Positions 32,338-44,815 of a DNA stretch of 64,000 bases are shown one piece after another. Source of the stretch: Rhynchopus sp. YZ270_cl-10. Taxonomy: Eukaryota. The position numbers and the translations under genes were made by a program. The DNA is taken from the NCBI GenBank assembly GCA_964035575.1, contig OZ037836.1, forward strand, positions 1,488,001 through 1,552,000, in the 5' to 3' direction. The notes under the pieces were generated by a model. That model was not told the origin of the DNA. It was given only the letters and a program-made list of their open reading frames with translations, and searched no databases. Every line of letters begins with the position of its first letter. The stretch's first letter is position 1.

Positions 32338-33297
32338 AAACCCCCCCCCCGTATAATATTTACATACGCGTATTATTTACACACGCATATTATTTACAAA
32401 AAGGCCACTTTCACGTGTATTATTAACACACGCGTATTATTTACATTATTTTTTTTTTTTTGGATTTTTTTTTTTGGGGGGGGGGGTTAGGGGGCACAGC
32501 CCTTAAGGAAATCCTTAAGGACCCTCTGTAACGCTCGTGTTTTTTCAAGAATTTTTTGAAAAAAAGTCATAAAACCCGCCAAGGTGGGTCTACATGGTCC
32601 CAAAGTGGCCTAAAATTCGTCGATTCTGCCTAATGAAACACCAAACAACCAAAACTGAGCGTTTATTTTCGAAAAAAAATCACTTTTTTTCGAAAAAACG
32701 GCTTCGAAAATAGTAAGATTTTAGTAAGATTTCCTCTAGGAATGTAACGCTTTCAAAAAAATGGATCCGGGAGCACAGTTTTTCTTCTAAGGTGCCGAAA
32801 ACCACCCCACGTCCCCTCCGGTGAGGTCCGGCAGTGGAAATAAGTGGGTTTCGAAGCTTTTGGGCGTCCCCCTCCTCCCCGTCACTAACAAGTGACTCTG
32901 CCTCCGAATCGTACTCCACGTAGTACTCCATGGTCGAAAGGGCAGGGTCCGGGATTGCGATTGATGACATTTTTTAAAATATAAAAAGCTTTCTGGTGGT
33001 GTGCGTTATGGAAAGTATGGGGATTGAATGTCAAGCATGTAGGTGAACGATGAAAAATTGTAAATTATTTTGTGTACCCTTTGTTTGTAAAAATGTGTGT
33101 GAACGAGGCACATATAGGCTTTACATATACTTCCTTTGTTTTCTTATTGTCTGTAGTGGAGCGGAGTAACCCTCAGGAAACTACGATATACGCCTCTTAT
33201 TAACACACGCCTATTATTTACAAAGACGCCTATTATTTACAACACGCGTATTATTTACATAAATTTATGTAAATATTATACGGGGGGGGGGGGTTTA
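32338..33297. mobile_element. TIR element, superfamily unassigned
   Basis: AAA(C)nGTATAATATTTACATA is inverted at 33265-33297; CGCGTATTATTTACA subterminal repeats. Confidence 0.65.
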
Positions 33298-33333
33298 CAA
33301 TTTTCAAAAATAGTAATTTTATCGCCTCCCGCC

Positions 33334-34633
33334 CAGCGGTGAAAATCTTGGGCAGTAAGCCCGGGAAAACCCGGGCTTAATTAATTTTGCGCAGAGCAAG
33401 CCCGGGTTCGAAGGCCGGGTTTACCCGGGCTTAAGCCTGGGTTTTCCCCGGGTTTTAAGTTTTCTGGGGTGGGCTGCCCCACCCCACTCCGGGGGTGTAG
33501 CCTCAGGGTGCAGCCCGGGGTAGTCAGTCGCCGAAACGAAGCTCTGTTGACAGAAAACAACAAAGTCAGTAAAGAAAACACACACGTCTATACTCAAGGG
33601 TTACCCACACCCAGAGCGCGACTTAATTGGTCAAACGCCGAAGGAAAAGGAAGCATGCATCATGGCGAAATAATAAAAGTAGCGTACCGTGCGCCTGCGG
33701 CGCAAGTTTGCAACCCACCCTTCCCATCACATAATTTGGCTGTAAAAATGTGCAATTATAAGCTCAATTTTTTGAAATGGTGCGTACCGTGGCTTCGCTT
33801 TGGGTGCCATGACCGCACTTTCTTTGTTATAAATGTACTGTGGCTACTGATAATTCGCGCCTGGTGCACGAATTGCTATCAATGAAGTGCTGAATTAGAT
33901 AACCGAGGAATTTTCATATTCCGCCGGAGGCAACTTGAGCTGGGTTGGGGACCCGGCTCGACCGAGTTTCAGCGAAAACCCCCAAAACCTATAATATCCC
34001 ATGGATGTCCAAAGTACTTGAAGTACTTTTTTCGGATTTTTTATGGTACTTGAAGTACTTGACCCCCCTTTTTTTTCCTCTCAAAATGACAGTCAAGTAC
34101 TTGAAGTTTGATCAAGTACTTGACATAAATCAAGTACTTGATACCCTATTTTTTTTTCTCGTACTTTTTTACTTTTTTACCCTCTGGCAGAGTCTGTCAA
34201 GTACTTGTTTTCGCAAAAAAAACGTCAAGTACTTGATCAAGTACCCACTTTTTTTTTGTACTTGATCAAGTACTTGACGTTTTTTTTGTGAAAAAAGTAC
34301 TTGGCAGAGGGAGAACAAGTAAAAAAGTACTAGAAAAAAAAATAGGGTGTCAAGTACTTGAAGTATCAAGTATTGGATTTTTTGGGGGATCAAGTACTTG
34401 ATATACTTCAAGTACTTTGGACATCCATGATATCCCCTGCGGAGGGGGAAATTATTTTTTTGGGCTGACCGAGCCAGCCCCTCGTGGTCGGAATTCTCTT
34501 TTGAACCCTGGGTTTGCAGAAAAATTTTTTACACCAGTATTTTAATTATTTTCACAAAAAAACCAAGCCCGGGTACAAACCCGGGCTTCGAATTAATTTT
34601 GCTAGCTGGGGAAGCCCGGGATTTTCAACCCTG
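33334..34633. mobile_element. CAG-ended TIR element with CCCGGG subterminal repeats
   Basis: CAGCGGTGAAAAT.../...ATTTTCAACCCTG; 9-bp flanks (C/A)CTCCCGCC. Confidence 0.65.
34000..34429. mobile_element. MITE with CAT...ATG ends and 6-bp TSD ATATCC
   Basis: TIR CATGGATGTCCAAAGTACTTGAAGTA; many CAAGTACTTG repeats. Confidence 0.8.
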
Positions 34634-34985
34634 ACTCCCGCCCCCCCTTTTTTTTTATTTTTAAATTACAATTTTCACGATTTGTAATTTTCGCAAACCC
34701 GCAAAGCTAGTAGGCGTGTTGAACGTATTGGCACGTGAGCCTACAACGCCTTCCCTGTTGCTGCCGCGTACTGCGGTTTCTTGTTGGTCCACTCAGCGGG
34801 GTTACATCCCTGTATCTTAGACGCGAGGGGATATGCAGACAGCACATATCGGAATCAATGCAGAGATTGTGTGAAGAGGCTTCTTCTTTCGCTTCTGTTG
34901 CAACGTCAGGTTGCACAATATCAGGACGGCAATGATCGTGAAACTTCATAATATTATGAAGCAATACTTCCCCCCCCCCCCCCCC

Positions 34986-37019
34986 TAGGCATACTGTGCG
35001 GGCGAGTAAAAAAAACTCGCCTACTCGCCAAAAACTCGCCTAAAACTCGCCCATTTTTGGGGGGCGAGTTTTGGCGAGTTTTTTTTTTGGTAGGGATTTT
35101 ACCTTGGGAAAAGTGTACACACGAAAATATGAGGGAAATTTGAGTTTTGAAGAGAAAAATTTTTTCGTTCCACTTGAACAAGACCTCTACAGTTTGCTTT
35201 GTAGGCTTCCACAACCAGTACCACCAGTCCAGCTGTAGCTTCTGCGGATCCATGAAGTTTGCACAGATGGGTGCGATGTAGTCGTGGTGGAATACCGCCA
35301 AGGGGTGGCCTGCAGGGTTGCCATTTACCGGCATGGCGAGGACATTGTTGTATAGCGAGTGTAGCCCCGGCTCATGTCTTCGTCATCCTCCGGATTGTAG
35401 CACGTCTTGTCCCCCGGGATCTATGGCACGCTTGGATCTTCCCCTGGAGCAAATGTTTACATACATGCCTGTCAGCCACTGCCGTGACATGGTTGCCTTT
35501 AGACGTACAAGTGACACAATTTCAATTTTTTTGTGTGTTTTCGAGTGGCATGTTGTCATCAGTCACCCCCGCCCTCCATTTTCACATCCTGGTGCACATT
35601 TTCACCCCCAAGGTGCGTATGTGCACCAGGATTTGCACCCAAATGTGGGCGAGTTTAGGCGAGTTTAGGCGAGTTTTTGGCGAGTTTAGGCGAGTTTTGG
35701 CGAGTTTTTGGCGAGTTTTGGCGAGTAATAGGCGAGTAATGGGCGAGTAGGGCGAGTTTTTGGCGAGTTTTTCCTGAAAATCAGGAAAACGAAAAACTCG
35801 CCTAAAAACGGCTCGCCTGCACAGTATGCCTAGGGGGGGGCAAAACCTTCAGGACGGGTGAGGCATTTTTGGAAAAAGTGGTTTTGTGAGCAAAAAACCT
35901 GTCAACACCCCTCATACCCCCCAGAAATGGGTCAGAAACACCCTGAGACCCGAAAATCCATGATTAGGGCACCTCAGAATATGAAAAAATGCAAAAAAAA
36001 TAGTGAAAAAGTGGCTTTTGACGGTTTTGGCCATGTTGGGTAAAATGGCCATTTTTTGAGAAAAAAATCAAAAAAACAGCAAAATTTCGACATCATGACA
36101 GCTGCTTGGGCACGAAACTACCCCAAAAATGTCCTGTGAGTCCATTCCGACCTGTTTTGGACACTTTAGGCACTTGTTTTGGTGTTTTTTTTGGTGTTTT
36201 GAGGTCAAAAAAGATCCCCTGACTATCCCCTGGCAGCCCTGGGCCGCGACTTGCGCCCTGCTTTTAGACCCACTCTGGGCCAAAAAATGGGCGAAAACCT
36301 CCGAAAAAGCACTCTGGGAGCCCAGATAGTTCCAAATTTCCACCGCACACCCTCAAAAACACCTCAAAAACATGTCAGAAAAACATTTTCAAAAACACAC
36401 TTTTTCAAATAAGTCATTATGGAACCTGCCCAGATGAACTTTTTGAAAAAAGTGTGTTTTTGAAAATATTTTTCTGGCATGTTTTTGAGGTGTTTGGGTG
36501 GGTTTCTGGTGGATATATGGAACTATCTGGGTCCCCGGAGTGCTTTTTCGAGGGTTTTCACCCATTTTTTGGCCCAGAGGGGGTCCAAAAGCAGGGCGCA
36601 AGTCGCGGCCCAGGGCTGCCAGGGGATAGTCAGGGGATCTTTTTTGACCTCAAAACACCAAAAAAAACACCAAAAAAGGCGATAAATGTGTTCAAAACAG
36701 GTCGGAATGGACTCGCGGGACATTTTTGGGGCATATTTGTGCCCAGACAGGCCTAATGATGACAAATTTTTGCTTTTTTTTTTGAAATATTGGTCAAAAA
36801 TGGCCATTTGACCAAAATGGCCCAAACGGCCAAAATGGTCTATTTTTGCTATTTTTTTCCATTTTTTTGTATCTCTGGGGTGTCTCACCTATAGAACACC
36901 CCCAAACCACACCCCAAAACCATCTCTGACCCGAAATTTTCGGTGGTTTGCGGGTACTTTGCACGTAAATCCAAAAAAATCGAAATGCCTCAAAAAAATA
37001 GGGGTTTTGCCCCCACCTA
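34986..37019. mobile_element. TAGG-ended element in poly-C, with a long internal palindrome
   Basis: TAGG(G/T)GGGGGCAAAACC TIR (left TIR split by the 34990 element); inverted arms ~36040-36410 / 36440-36810. Confidence 0.65.
34990..35828. mobile_element. MITE with CAT...ATG ends and 6-bp TSD CCTAGG
   Basis: TIR CATACTGTGC(G/A)GGCGAG; GGCGAGTTTT subterminal arrays. Confidence 0.75.
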
Positions 37020-39796
37020 CCCCCCCCCCCCCCCCCAATCAACTATGTCGATTATTGAGTCACATTTGAACGGCGTGCAACTTGCTTATGATGCAGTCGT
37101 GCTTTGAAGCTTTTGTGCGAGACGAGATCTGGGCTTTGGAGGTTTTGGTGGGCCTGAACGAAGGTGATCTCCGGGATGCAGTGATGGAATTTTGGGAGTT
37201 GGTGCAATCAACGATAAAACCTTTTTTTCCCTTTTACTTACCTATCAGGGTTACTATTTTTATATTACAATTTTGCCACTTTGTTATTTTATGGGTGTTT
37301 TTGGGTTTATTTTAAATTACAAATTTACTTAATTGTAATTCAAAATAGTAATTTTTGCATTTTTTTTCGGGGTGAAAATTTATTTTTTATTTTTATTTTT
37401 ACTATTTTTGTCAGCCCCGCCGCCAGGATTTTGGGTTTTGAAAAAGTTCTGTTGATGGTCCAAAAAAAAATTTCGCGCTTCGCGCGAAAACCCCTGCAAA
37501 GCTCCTTCTCGTGGCCTCCGGCGGAGAGACGCATGTTCCCCAAGCCCGGTCAGAGTTCCCCCGAATCAGCGACATTTGCTCTTTCCTCTCACCAGGCTGT
37601 ACATTGTACTCTTCGGTGGCTGTCCACAAGCCGTAGTGGGTGTCAGCCTTTTTATCAGTAAGCAGCGGTTATGGTACCCAAAGGTTCCTGGCGAAGCCAC
37701 GGTACGCAACATTTTTAAAAAATGTTCCCATAAAATGGAACTGCTTGCGCCGCAGGCGCACGGTACGCAACTTTTTTTATTCTTCACCACCCGATTTTGA
37801 CTTTTTTGGGACGTTTGAGCACTCACCTCTCCATATCTTCTTCTCCTGAGATTTTTTGACAAGTAGAACGGGTCTGAACCACTCAACAGAACTTTTTTTT
37901 TTTTTTTTTTTTTTTTTCTTTTTTCATTTTCAAAAAGTTCTGTTGACCATCAACAGAACTTTGCTAGGTGGCGGCCCCCCTGATTTTTGTGAATAGGTCT
38001 GTACAATAATTTTTGTTCCTTCCGGGGGGGAAGGAAAAGTTCCTGTTAAGGCTTGAGTACCAGCAATGCCTATTGCCTTGCGTACAAAGGTTCGAAGAGT
38101 GAGTACAGCTCTTTATACCAGTAGGTGTAAATACGGTTGTCAATACAAACAAACAAACAAAAAGGATGCTTGCCTAGCTTTGTGTACAAGCAAACTGAAG
38201 GCTGGATCTTTTTTCTCTCTCTCTCTTTTTTTCCCCCCTGTTTTTTTCTTTTTTTTTTTTTTTCCTTCAGTGCCTGCGTCCACTGATGTACGGTGAGGCG
38301 TTTGCACTCTCAAGTTTGGCTACTGGGATCAAGGCGACCAAGCAACGAGAGGCTTAGGGTCATCTTATAAACTTTTCTATTTTCATACCTACAAAAAAAA
38401 AAAAACGTAGCTTAAAGGAGAAATAGTTCCTCTCGATACAGTCGCCAATCATCCCCCCCCTCTAACAGGATAATTGAGCAATCAACGAAAAAAAAACCCC
38501 CTTTTTTTTCTTCCTTTTACTTATCAGAGTTACTATTTTTCTCTCTCTTTCCTCTCTTGTTGTTGTTGTTGTTGTTTTTTTTTTTTTTCAGATGTAAATC
38601 ACGAAATGGATGTGGGGCTGCATGCACGACGTTGAAGTAAATTACTTTCCTTGTGGTGTTACATGTCATCTTTTTTACTTGTGTTTAAGCTGTACGCTTA
38701 CGTTTTTACGCGTGCCACAAGTAAACTATTTTCATAAGGGTAGCACAATTAAAAATATTGTTTAGTGTCCTGCGCGCGAACAGATTTTTGGAAATCCAAA
38801 AAAAAAAAATAATTGGGACACAACTACAAAAAAAATAATTTTTATGGTTGGTAGGTTGAAGTCAGGACGGACGAAGTCTCGGAGGCCCTAAGGGGGAAGG
38901 TAGGTAGGGCACTTCTGTCTGGGAAAAAGTGACCAGAAAAAAAAAATGTTGGGGTCCCGTGCTCCCAAATGTGCGAAATAAGCAAGAAATAAGCATTTTT
39001 GCGCACACGTGTATAAAAAAAAATCCGCCTCCGGCGGGGTTCGTTTTCGAGGATTTTCAGAGATCTCACGTTATGAAGATTTCCTTAAGAAACCATTGAA
39101 TCTCATATTTCAGAATAATAGTACCTTAGAGTGTTTTTGGACACACATGTGACCCCACCGTGGAGAGCAATCGGCTCGTGCAATCAAAAGAAAGTGGAGA
39201 AAAGGTACAAGAATAAAAAAAGTTGGGTACCGTGCACCTGCGGCGCTGCCTGTTCCCTACCAGTTTCTACAGGCAAACACTTGACCCCTTTACCTTACAC
39301 TGACGGGTTTTGACCAAAACCAAGAACTTGTCCATTTCGGCAAATTGACCCCACCACAGAACGGACGGATTCCGAAAATGCAAATGCCGGTGTTTTTGCA
39401 CATTTTCATGTTTCAAGACGTCAGGATCAGGGAGAGAAAATCTGGTTGTGGGATTTACCTTGGCCCTCTTTACCCTACATGGATTTTGACCAAAACCAAG
39501 AATTTGGCCATTTCGGCAAAGTGACCCCACCACAGTGCGGACGGATTCCGGAAATCCCAATCGCGGTATGTTTTCGGGCTGAAAACCCACTGTTTTTTCA
39601 GGGGAAAAAATTGCTTCCAAATGTCGGAATTTTCCGAATTTTCCTGAAAATGACCCTTGTTTACGAGTATGGGTTCATATTTTGCGAAAATTTAAGTCAC
39701 TAAAATTTTGTCCATTTTTCCGTATTCACCCCACCACAAGCCGGGATTGGCTCAGAAATGCAACAAAACGCCCCAGAGTTAGGAAATAGCCTGAAA

Positions 39797-39927
39797 AGAG
39801 GGAAAAATAGGTGAGGGAAAAATAGGTGAGGGAAAAATAGGTGAGGGAAAAATAGGTGAGGGAAAAATAGGTGAGGGAAAAATAGGTGAGGGAAAAATAG
39901 GTGAGGGAAAAATAGGTGAGGGAAAAA
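39797..39927. repeat. (GAGGGAAAAATAGGT)n tandem repeat
   Basis: Perfect short tandem array. Confidence 0.9.
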
Positions 39928-40714
39928 TTATTTTTTTTTGACTAGTTATTTTTTTTTTTGCGTGCGTGCGAACAGATTTTTGGGGAGCGGTGGGACACTA
40001 AACAAGGTTTTTAATTGTGCTACCCTAAGTAAAATTACATGTAACACCACAAGTAAAGTCATTTACTTCAACGTCGTGTGGGTTTGGGGAGGGGTCCACC
40101 CCCACGGTGCACCGGTGACCAAAAGGTACACTGTTACGAGAGGGCTTTGTATTTCAAGGCAAAAAATTTTTTTCTTCTTTTTTCTCAGAATATTTCACGT
40201 CAATATTATGAGAGGTTGTGTTAGTCAAAAGGCCGTAAAGGGTTGTAGAGGTTACGTGATACGATGCCATAAGAAAAAAAGCAAGAAAGAAAAAAAAAAA
40301 GCAAAACAGGTAGGGCTATAGTCTGTGCAGAGAATAAGGTAATGTACATTAGAAGACCTGTCAGTGCCCGCCTCAGTTTTGATTTTTGATTTTTGATTTT
40401 TTTTTTGATTTTTGATTTTACCGTGCTTTCCTTCCCCCCCCACTCAAAAACTCAAATAACACCGAAACCTGACAACAACAAAAAAAAAAAAAAAGGTGCA
40501 AGAAAACCAAGAAAACTAAGAAATACAAAATGGTTTACACTTTTTTTTGTTTTTTTTTTTTTTTGAACAGGCTTTTTGCTAACTTTCTGATTTCCCCCCC
40601 CCCCCCTGAATGGGAAAATGATCTAACTGTTTTTTTTACCTCGCGTACGAGCGTATTGTACCGTATACCCGAATTCATTTATAATATTATTTCCCCCCCC
40701 CCCCCCCCCCCCCG

Positions 40715-42249
40715 TAGGGGGGTCCACGTAGAAGGAATTCCTTAAGGATTTGCTGTCCAAAACCATTTTTTTGAAATTTAGGTGAAGAAATCCACTAAAA
40801 AGGTCGTACCTGGGCGCAAATCGCCCTGGGGATCACCCAAATATCCCAATAAACCACCTGACAACCTCTACAGAGACTTTCCCGACTAAAAAAAATTGAT
40901 TTTTTTGTGAAAAACCCCTCAAAATACCGTCACGCTCGCGTCACACTTTGTGGCAAAATGCAACACTTTGGTGCTTCCCGGGGGGTATGCATTTCACAAA
41001 TTTTCACAAAATGTGACAAGTTTTCACAAGTTTTCACAACACGAAAACCGCTATAAAATTGTGAAGGCTGGTGAAAAATGGTGAAAAATGGTGAAAAATT
41101 GTGAAAAGTTGTGAAAAGTGCGAAAAGTTGTGAAAAGTTGTGAATTGATTTTATTTTTTTGGGGGGGTTTTTTTTGGGTTGGGTGGTGGCCCACCCATTG
41201 AGGGGTATTTTGGGATTCACAAGATAGAACGTGATGTGGTGTACCTGTGTACCTGTGTACTGTGTACTGTGCGGAAATGACGAGAACTTGTCCATTTCGG
41301 CAAATTGACCCCACCACTGGCCGGACGGATTCCGGAAATGCAAATGCCGGCATTTAAAAGCTTCACCAACAAAGAAAAAAAGGGTGGTGAAAAGTTGTGA
41401 AAAGTTGTGAAAAGTTGTGAATTGAATTGAAAATTTGTGAAATGCATACCCCCCGGGAAGCACCACACTTGACAAAAAAATTCTCCGATCATATAAAACT
41501 CCATCTAAAGACCCGAAAAACACCTCGGTCCACCTCCTCTGGGTTCCCGAGGTGGTAATATATAGTTTTACAGCTTTTTGGGGGTCCTGTGTGGGTCCCA
41601 GATGCATTTTTCAGTGTGCGTGTGTGCCTCGAAAGCTTAAACATAGCCCCTCCTTCAAACATAGCCCGTCCTGAAAACCCCAAAAAAAGTAATATGACAG
41701 TCGTCATAGTGTCAAAATACCCCAGGAAATGACTCCCAGACCTCATGTGGGGTGAAAAATAGCATTTGGGACACTCGGTAGGCTTTTTTGGGCCATGAAA
41801 TGGCATGCAACGGGTATGAGCCGGCTATGCAACACTTTGCAACACTTACTCCCGGCTAAAAACGGTTAGAAAACACGATTTTTTCATCAAAAAAAACTGA
41901 TGTAAATTCAAAACACCCAAAAACCACCTCAGCCCACCTCCGCTGGGGTCCCGAGGTGGAAATGTGTGGTTTTTGCAGCTTTTTGGGGTCCTTGGGTGTA
42001 TTTTTGGGGATGTGTATGTGTCTGCAACGCTTAAACTACCCGTATACCCCCCTTTTTGACATTTTCGCACTCTAAAGCCCAAAAAGTCAGAAAAAAATAA
42101 AAATTGGTGCTCAGAAGTGCATTTTTCGTAATTTTGGGTGGTTTTCGGGTGGTTTCGGGGGGGTTTTGGGTGGTTTTGAGTGTTTTTTCGGGGGTTTTCT
42201 TCAAAAAAAGCGGTTTTGGACAGCAAAAACGGCCGGACGGACCCCCCTA
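40715..42249. mobile_element. TAGG-ended element in poly-C; its left ~260 bp also occurs inverted at ~12760-13021
   Basis: TAGGGGGGTCC / GGACCCCCCTA termini, C-runs on both flanks. Confidence 0.7.
40969..41465. mobile_element. Nested MITE with TG...CA ends and 5-bp TSD CACTT
   Basis: TIR TGGTGCTTCCCGGGGGGTATGCATTTCACAAA; empty site visible in the copy near 12770. Confidence 0.8.
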
Positions 42250-43640
42250 CCCCCCCCCCCCCCCCCCCCCCCATAAATTTATTTTTATTCATGCAGGCGA
42301 CTCAATTGGTGAGCAGTTGCCTGTCGTGCAGATCACTTGCAAGGTGGCGGTCCGTTTTCGGATTCTTATTCAAAAAAAAAAAAGCAACAAAAAAAAAAAC
42401 AAAAAAAGAGGCGAATTTGGGGTAATCCCAATTTTGGGGAACCCGTTTCTCGGGTGTCACCAAAATTCGTAAGAATTGATTCTTTTCTTTTTCCCCCTCC
42501 CCCTCTTTTTCCCCTTGAAACGCGTTCCTGGATTACCCCAGAATCGGAAAAACAAAAACCACCTGATTTTGCCTGAAAAAGGGAAATATTTGATGGAGCT
42601 TTGGTGGTAATAAAGCCACTTTTAACAACCACTCAACATCAACAAATTTCAGGAAAAATCAGGCGGAAAAAAAAAAACTAAAATAGTGGAGTTCATCCTC
42701 GGGTGTCTACACTAATACAACCATGTTTTCAAATAAACTTATTCTTTCACCTGCTCTTAAATCCCTATTTGGTTTGGACACATCTGTTTAAAAGAAAAAA
42801 AAAAAATAAAAGAAAGAAAGAACCGCAACAAAGAAAGGCAAGAACGAAAAAGGGCGACATTTTTTTTTTTCTTTTTCTTTTTTTTTTAAACCATGTGCAC
42901 ACCCTCTTCTACCCCCCCCTCTGACTATCGGGGGGGTTACTTTCCTCTCCCCTCCAGACCCTCCCCCCTTTATTTTGAAAAAAAAAAAAAAAAACAGGGT
43001 ATTTTTCCCCCGCCTCTTTTTTTCAACATGTCTATAAAAAAAAAGCTTAAAGGTCAAAATTACCCCTCTCGTTCCCAGAAGCACGTTGCGTTGGTTAGGG
43101 ATATGGACGGAGTCCGTCCAAAATGGGCGGACCCTTTTGGGCGGACTCCGCCGTGTAAAAAGCAAGAAAAAAGGGGGGAAAAAACAAACAAACAAAGAGT
43201 ACAAAGCATAAACAAGCAAACCTTCAAACTCCCCTCTCCTTCCATATTTTTGTACAATGTATCTCATCATGTACTGTCAATGTATTGATTGCATCTGATG
43301 AAAGTACAATGTATCTGAAAAATGCTCTTCTCTTTTGCTTGTTGCTCAAAAGACTATAAACTGGAGGGGGAAAAGAGAAAGGCTGTTTGTTGTTTGCTTC
43401 CACCTTCCCAGATTTTTGCGCAATGTATCTGAAGAAAAAACAGTGAAAATATATAGGTTGAGTTAGCAAAAAAGCCCCGGTATCACGATACTGTTTTCCA
43501 TGGATACACATGTAAATTAAGTATTGGCACGGGAGGTGTCTGGGTCAGCTTTTGGTTAAATCTGTCCGCTGTGTGCGCACTGCATTTTTTTTCCAAAAAG
43601 TGTGAGTTCGTGGGTGTACGCATTTCATTGGAAAAATGTT

Positions 43641-43679
<39 letters not shown>

Positions 43680-44815
43680 TTTTTTTTTTTTGCAAATAGA
43701 ACAGACTCTCCGCTAGGATTTCCGATTTTGAAAATATTCTGTTGATGGTCCACGTTGGTGGGGTACATGCTTGCGCCGCAGGCGCACGGTACGCAACTTT
43801 TTTTTTTACCAACGCCCGATTTTGACTTTTTTGGGACGTTTGCGCACTCACCTCTCCATATCTTCTTCTCCTGAGCTTTTTTGACAGGTAGAACGGGTCT
43901 GAACCACTTAGCAGAACTTTTTTTTTTTCCTCTTTTTTTCCCCATTTTCAAAAAGTTCTGTTGACAATCAACAGAACTTTAGTACCTAGCGGAGTGCCTG
44001 AAATAGAAGGGGGAAAGGGTGTGATGTACCCCCCTAAGTGGCCAAGGGGCTATCTCAACAAAGGAATGCACCTCTTAACTTACAAAGTTACTACAGTGAA
44101 ATACAATACAAAACAAACAGAGTAGCAAAAAAAAAAAAAAAAGCAAAAAAAAAACAAGTAATTGCTATCGGAAAAAAACGGGGTGTGATGTGGAACTCCA
44201 TCCTGTAGAAATAATCTACAACACGCCCAGCATTCTGCTCTTCTGTAGGTATGCTAACGCTCTTCGTACGCTGCCAGACCCACTGGGACGCCAGCATCTG
44301 AAACGTTCAAGAAGGGGGGCTGTCCTCTTCATCCAGCACCATCTGCTCGAGAGCGTTGTTGGACGTCGGCTCGGCAGGCTCGGCGTGTTCCAGCTCGTAG
44401 TTGTCCACAGGCTCCCCACATTGTCGTCGTCGTTGGAGCAGTGCGGAAGGAACACAGAATGCACAGACTACAACACATCGATCACACCAGGCGCATCAGC
44501 ACCTCCACCAAATCGCCAGGATGCTACGGTGGTTTCGAAAATCGCGCGGAGTTTTCCACATCACACCCGTTTTTTCTTAGCAATTAGTTGTTCTTGTTGT
44601 TATTGTTATTTTCAACCACCTTCCTTCAACCCTTGTAGGGATCAGTTGTTATTTTTTTCGCGAAAACATGAAATTATACATTTCAAGAGAACAAATTAAA
44701 AAGGGTCCTTATTTGCATTTTTGGGATCCGCCCGTGCAGTGGTGGGGTCAATCTCGAAAATTGGATAATTTTTTGACCACTTAAATTTTGAGAAATATGA
44801 GCCCGGTTCCTTATA

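Noticed and set aside
12760..40970. Giant 28-kb element bounded by inverted repeats
   Set aside because: The termini face outward; they belong to two separate copies, and the 40715 end pairs with 42249
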